The position numbers were made by a program, and so were the translations under genes. A stretch of 13,143 nucleotides of DNA from Sulfurihydrogenibium sp. (GTDB taxonomy: Bacteria; Aquificota; Aquificia; Aquificales; Hydrogenothermaceae). Under the pieces are notes generated by a model. That model made no database searches. It saw nothing but the letters and a program-made list of their open reading frames with translations, and had not been told where the DNA came from. Location of the stretch: contig JBBIPN010000038.1 of the NCBI GenBank assembly GCA_037442825.1, forward strand, positions 1 through 13,143, written 5' to 3'. Below, in pieces: positions 7,927 through 13,143 of the stretch (positions are counted from its first letter, which is position 1; each line of letters begins with the position of its first letter).

Positions 7927-8577
7927 ATGCCCCATAGGCTTTATCAAGAAGAAAAACAAAAAGCTATTAATATATTAAATGATTTAAAAGTCAAGCTTTA
8001 TAATAAAAGTTGGTTTCCTGCAACAAGTGGTAATTTATCTTACAAACTTCATGAAGATCCTTTGATATTTGCTGTTACTACATCTGGAAAAGATAAAGGA
8101 ACTGTAAGCCATGAAGATGTAATATTTGTAGATAAAGATGGTAAACCTGTAGAAAAAACACGCTTAAAACCATCTGCAGAAACGTTGATACATTCTTATA
8201 TATACCAAAAAACAGATGCAAACTGTGTCATTCATATACATACACCAGCAAACAATTTTATATCTTATACTTATTTTGAAGATAAAAAAGTGAAAATAAA
8301 AGATTTTGAGATGATAAAAGCTTTAGATATTTGGAAGGAAGATGCTGAGATAGAAGTACCTATTGTTGATAACTACTTTGATTTAAAAAAACTTGCTGAA
8401 GAATCTGGCAAAGCTATAAATCCAGAAGTTCCAGCTATTTTAATTAAAACACATGGTATTTACTGCTGGGGAAGAAATGAGTTTGAAGCAAAAAGACATA
8501 TAGAAGCCTTTGAATTTATGTTTAATTTAATTAAAGATATTATTTTGTACAAGCAGACTAAAAACATTTGGAGGTAA
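7927..8577 (+). CDS. mtnB: Methylthioribulose-1-phosphate dehydratase
   Basis: Class II aldolase family: WFPATSGNLS, TTSGKDKG, KPSAETLIH, HIHT, KTHGIYCWG, RHIEAFEF. Adjacent to mtnD. Confidence 0.94.
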   Translation: MPHRLYQEEKQKAINILNDLKVKLYNKSWFPATSGNLSYKLHEDPLIFAVTTSGKDKGTVSHEDVIFVDKDGKPVEKTRLKPSAETLIHSYIYQKTDANCVIHIHTPANNFISYTYFEDKKVKIKDFEMIKALDIWKEDAEIEVPIVDNYFDLKKLAEESGKAINPEVPAILIKTHGIYCWGRNEFEAKRHIEAFEFMFNLIKDIILYKQTKNIWR

Positions 8578-8583
8578 ATAAAG

Positions 8584-9123
8584 ATGGCTAAATTAATTTT
8601 TAGAAAATCAGGAAAAGTTATAGAAGATGTAGAAGAAATAAAATCTTTCTTATCAAAGTATGGAGTCGTTTATGATAGATGGGGTATAGATAGGCTACCA
8701 GAAGATGTTAGGAAAAATTATGATATAGATGAAGAAAACTCAAAAGCTATAATACAAGCTTATGAAAAAGAACTTAAAGAATTAAAAGAAAAAATGGGAT
8801 ATGTAACAGAAGATATAGTTGTTTTATCAGAAAAAACACCAAATCTTGAAAGTTTGATGGAAAAGTTTAAGAGAGAGCACCACCATATAGATGATGAAGT
8901 TAGATTTGTAGTAGATGGTAGTGGAATTTTTCCAGTAAAAATAGAGGGTGATATTGTAGATATTCATGTTGAAGCTGGAGAGCTTATTGTAGTTCCAGCA
9001 GGTGCAAGACATTGGTTTGAACTCGATGAAAATAAAAAAATTAAATGTATCAGGGTATTTAAAACACCCTTAGGCTGGGAAGCTATATACAATGAATCTG
9101 AAAAAGCTACTATGAGGGACTAA
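8584..9123 (+). CDS. mtnD: Acireductone dioxygenase (cupin, Fe/Ni ARD)
   Basis: KFKREHHHIDDEVRFVVDGSGIF and VPAGARHWF metal ligands, CIRVF, GWEA. RBS GGAGGT at 8570-8575. Confidence 0.95.
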   Translation: MAKLIFRKSGKVIEDVEEIKSFLSKYGVVYDRWGIDRLPEDVRKNYDIDEENSKAIIQAYEKELKELKEKMGYVTEDIVVLSEKTPNLESLMEKFKREHHHIDDEVRFVVDGSGIFPVKIEGDIVDIHVEAGELIVVPAGARHWFELDENKKIKCIRVFKTPLGWEAIYNESEKATMRD

Positions 9124-9594
9124 ATGTTATCAGAAGAAAGAGAAAATTTAAGAATATTTGTAGGTAAAAACGCAAATTACTATATAGCAAAATGGGAAGA
9201 GTTAGGAGAAGGAAATAAAATTAGCTGGAACTGGTCTGCTTTCTTCTTTGGACTTATTTGGTTTGCTTATAGAAAGATGTATCCTCATACATTTGCTATG
9301 CTTATTTTTAGTATCATACTTTATATTGTCCAAGTTAAGTTTAATACATCAGAATGGGTTGTTGCTCTTACAAATTTATCAATATCCATAGTGATTGGTA
9401 TGTTTGGAAATTATCTTTACTATGATTATTCTAAATCAAAACTAAAAGATATAAAAAAACAAACTCAAGATGAAAGAAAACTTTATGTAGAACTTGCAAG
9501 AAATGGCGGAACAAGTATAGCTACAGCTTTTGGTATATTTGTTTTGTATTTAATAACGCTATCTATCATAGAGTATGGCTTAAATGGAGGTTAA
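9124..9594 (+). CDS. DUF2628-like membrane protein
   Basis: FVGKNANYY, SWNWSAFFFGLIWFAYRKMY, GMFGNYLYY, GGTS motifs with hydrophobic helices. Confidence 0.8.
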   Translation: MLSEERENLRIFVGKNANYYIAKWEELGEGNKISWNWSAFFFGLIWFAYRKMYPHTFAMLIFSIILYIVQVKFNTSEWVVALTNLSISIVIGMFGNYLYYDYSKSKLKDIKKQTQDERKLYVELARNGGTSIATAFGIFVLYLITLSIIEYGLNGG

Positions 9595-9597
9595 ATA

Positions 9598-10365
9598 ATG
9601 AAGATGTTAGAAGGAAAGAAAGCATTAGTATTAGGAATAGCTAACGACAAAAGTATAGCTTATGGAATAGCAAAGGTTTTTTATGAAAATGGTGCAAAAC
9701 TTGCTTTTAACTATTTAGACGAAAGAATAGAAAAAAGAGTAAATCCTATAGCACAAGAGTTTAATGCAGATTTTATAGTAAAATGTGATGTTTCAAAAGA
9801 TGAAGATATTAAAAATCTTGCTGAAACAGTAAAAGAAAAATGGGGTAATATTGATATAATTGTTCATTCTATAGCTTATGCAAACAAAGAATTTTTGAAA
9901 AACCTATATTACACTGTAGATAGACAATCTTTCCTACAAGCTATGGATATAAGTGTTTATTCTTTTACTGCTATTGGAAGGGAATTCTTACCTTTATTAA
10001 ATGAAGGTGGTTCATTATTAACATTATCATACTACGGTGCTGAAAAAGTAATTTATAATTACAATGTTATGGGCGTTGCAAAAGCTGCACTAGAAGCATC
10101 TGTAAAGTATTTAGCAAGAGATTTTGGACCTAAAAATATACGGGTAAACTGTATTTCAGCTGGACCTATCAAAACATTGGCAGCAATGGGTATCTCAGAT
10201 TTTTCAGATATTCAAAAAGTAGCTGCTGAAAGAGCTCCTTTAAAAAGAACTGTTAGTATTGAAGAAGTTGGTAAAGCTGCATTATTTTTATGTTCTGATC
10301 TAGCATCAGGGATAACAGGAGAAATTTTATATGTAGATGCAGGTTATAACATAATAGGAATGTAG
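9598..10365 (+). CDS. fabI: Enoyl-[acyl-carrier-protein] reductase (NADH)
   Basis: GIANDKSIAYGIA, VHSIAYA, LTLSYYG, YNVMGVAKAALE (Y-x6-K), SAGPIKTLAA. RBS GGAGG at 9586-9590. Confidence 0.97.
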   Translation: MKMLEGKKALVLGIANDKSIAYGIAKVFYENGAKLAFNYLDERIEKRVNPIAQEFNADFIVKCDVSKDEDIKNLAETVKEKWGNIDIIVHSIAYANKEFLKNLYYTVDRQSFLQAMDISVYSFTAIGREFLPLLNEGGSLLTLSYYGAEKVIYNYNVMGVAKAALEASVKYLARDFGPKNIRVNCISAGPIKTLAAMGISDFSDIQKVAAERAPLKRTVSIEEVGKAALFLCSDLASGITGEILYVDAGYNIIGM

Positions 10366-10375
10366 AGGTAAAGGA

Positions 10376-10579
10376 ATGAAGTTATATATAAACGGTCAGG
10401 AAAGGGAGTTTAATAAAGATAAGTTGAATATATCTGACCTTGTAAAAATATTAGAGATAAAAGCACCTAACTTTGCTGTTGCTGTTGGTTATAATGTTAT
10501 TCCAAAAAGTGAGTATGATAGTTATGAGCTTAAAGAAGGAGATAAAGTTGAGATTGTGCATTTTGTAGGTGGAGGTTGA
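10376..10579 (+). CDS. thiS: Sulfur carrier protein ThiS
   Basis: 67-aa ubiquitin-like fold: MKLYING start, LKEGDKVEIVHFVGGG C-terminal Gly-Gly. Confidence 0.92.
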   Translation: MKLYINGQEREFNKDKLNISDLVKILEIKAPNFAVAVGYNVIPKSEYDSYELKEGDKVEIVHFVGGG

Positions 10580-10581
10580 TA

Positions 10582-12949
<2,368 letters not shown>

Positions 12950-12978
12950 TTGAAAAATGGATTATATTAGGCTATACT
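12950..12978 (+). promoter_or_regulatory. Near-consensus sigma70 promoter for the ferredoxin
   Basis: TTGAAA (12950-12955), 17 bp, TATACT (12973-12978), followed by RBS AGGAGGT at 13005-13011. Confidence 0.75.
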
Positions 12979-13016
12979 ATTTTAACATTTAAAATACTTT
13001 ACATAGGAGGTATAAG

Positions 13017-13143
13017 ATGAAGGTAAAAGTTCAAGTAGACAAAGATCTTTGCACAGCATGTGCTCTCTGTTATGATGAAGTTCCAGAAGTTTATGAAGAT
13101 TCTGGTGATGGAATAGCACAAGTTAAAGCTGAAGTTGGTGGTG
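13017..13143 (+). CDS. Mono-cluster [4Fe-4S] ferredoxin, truncated by the window edge (not in the ORF track)
   Basis: Manual translation MKVKVQVDKDLCTACALCYDEVPEVYEDSGDGIAQVKAEVGG... has C-x2-C-x2-C followed by PEVY..GDGIA. Strong RBS. Confidence 0.92.
   Translation, partial: MKVKVQVDKDLCTACALCYDEVPEVYEDSGDGIAQVKAEVGG

Noticed and set aside
8827..9012. 61-aa - strand ORF
   Set aside because: Antisense within mtnD.

Overview
AT-rich bacterial chromosomal window (roughly 30% GC by eye). The proteins, especially the terminal ferredoxin, look like Aquificota, probably Hydrogenothermaceae (Sulfurihydrogenibium-like); this is an inference, not a database result. Layout: (+) lepA (start codon cut by the window edge), birA; a ~250-bp gap holding a decayed type I restriction-modification hsdM fragment on the - strand; a (-) block read right to left as CopD/HemJ-like membrane protein, Rrf2 Fe-S regulator, globin-PsiE fusion, cysS, UbiE/MenG-like methyltransferase, yicC; then a divergent (+) block mtnB, mtnD, DUF2628, fabI, thiS, hisS, tgt, and a separately promoted [4Fe-4S] ferredoxin running off the right edge. 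Most genes are housekeeping. The most interesting items are (i) the three-gene Rrf2 / globin-PsiE / membrane-protein module, with a perfect 10-2-10 palindrome centred on its predicted -10 box, back to back with the O2-consuming methionine salvage genes; (ii) the hsdM scar with a TGG->TGA stop; (iii) tgt apparently starting at a CTG codon 30 codons upstream of the ORF-track start.
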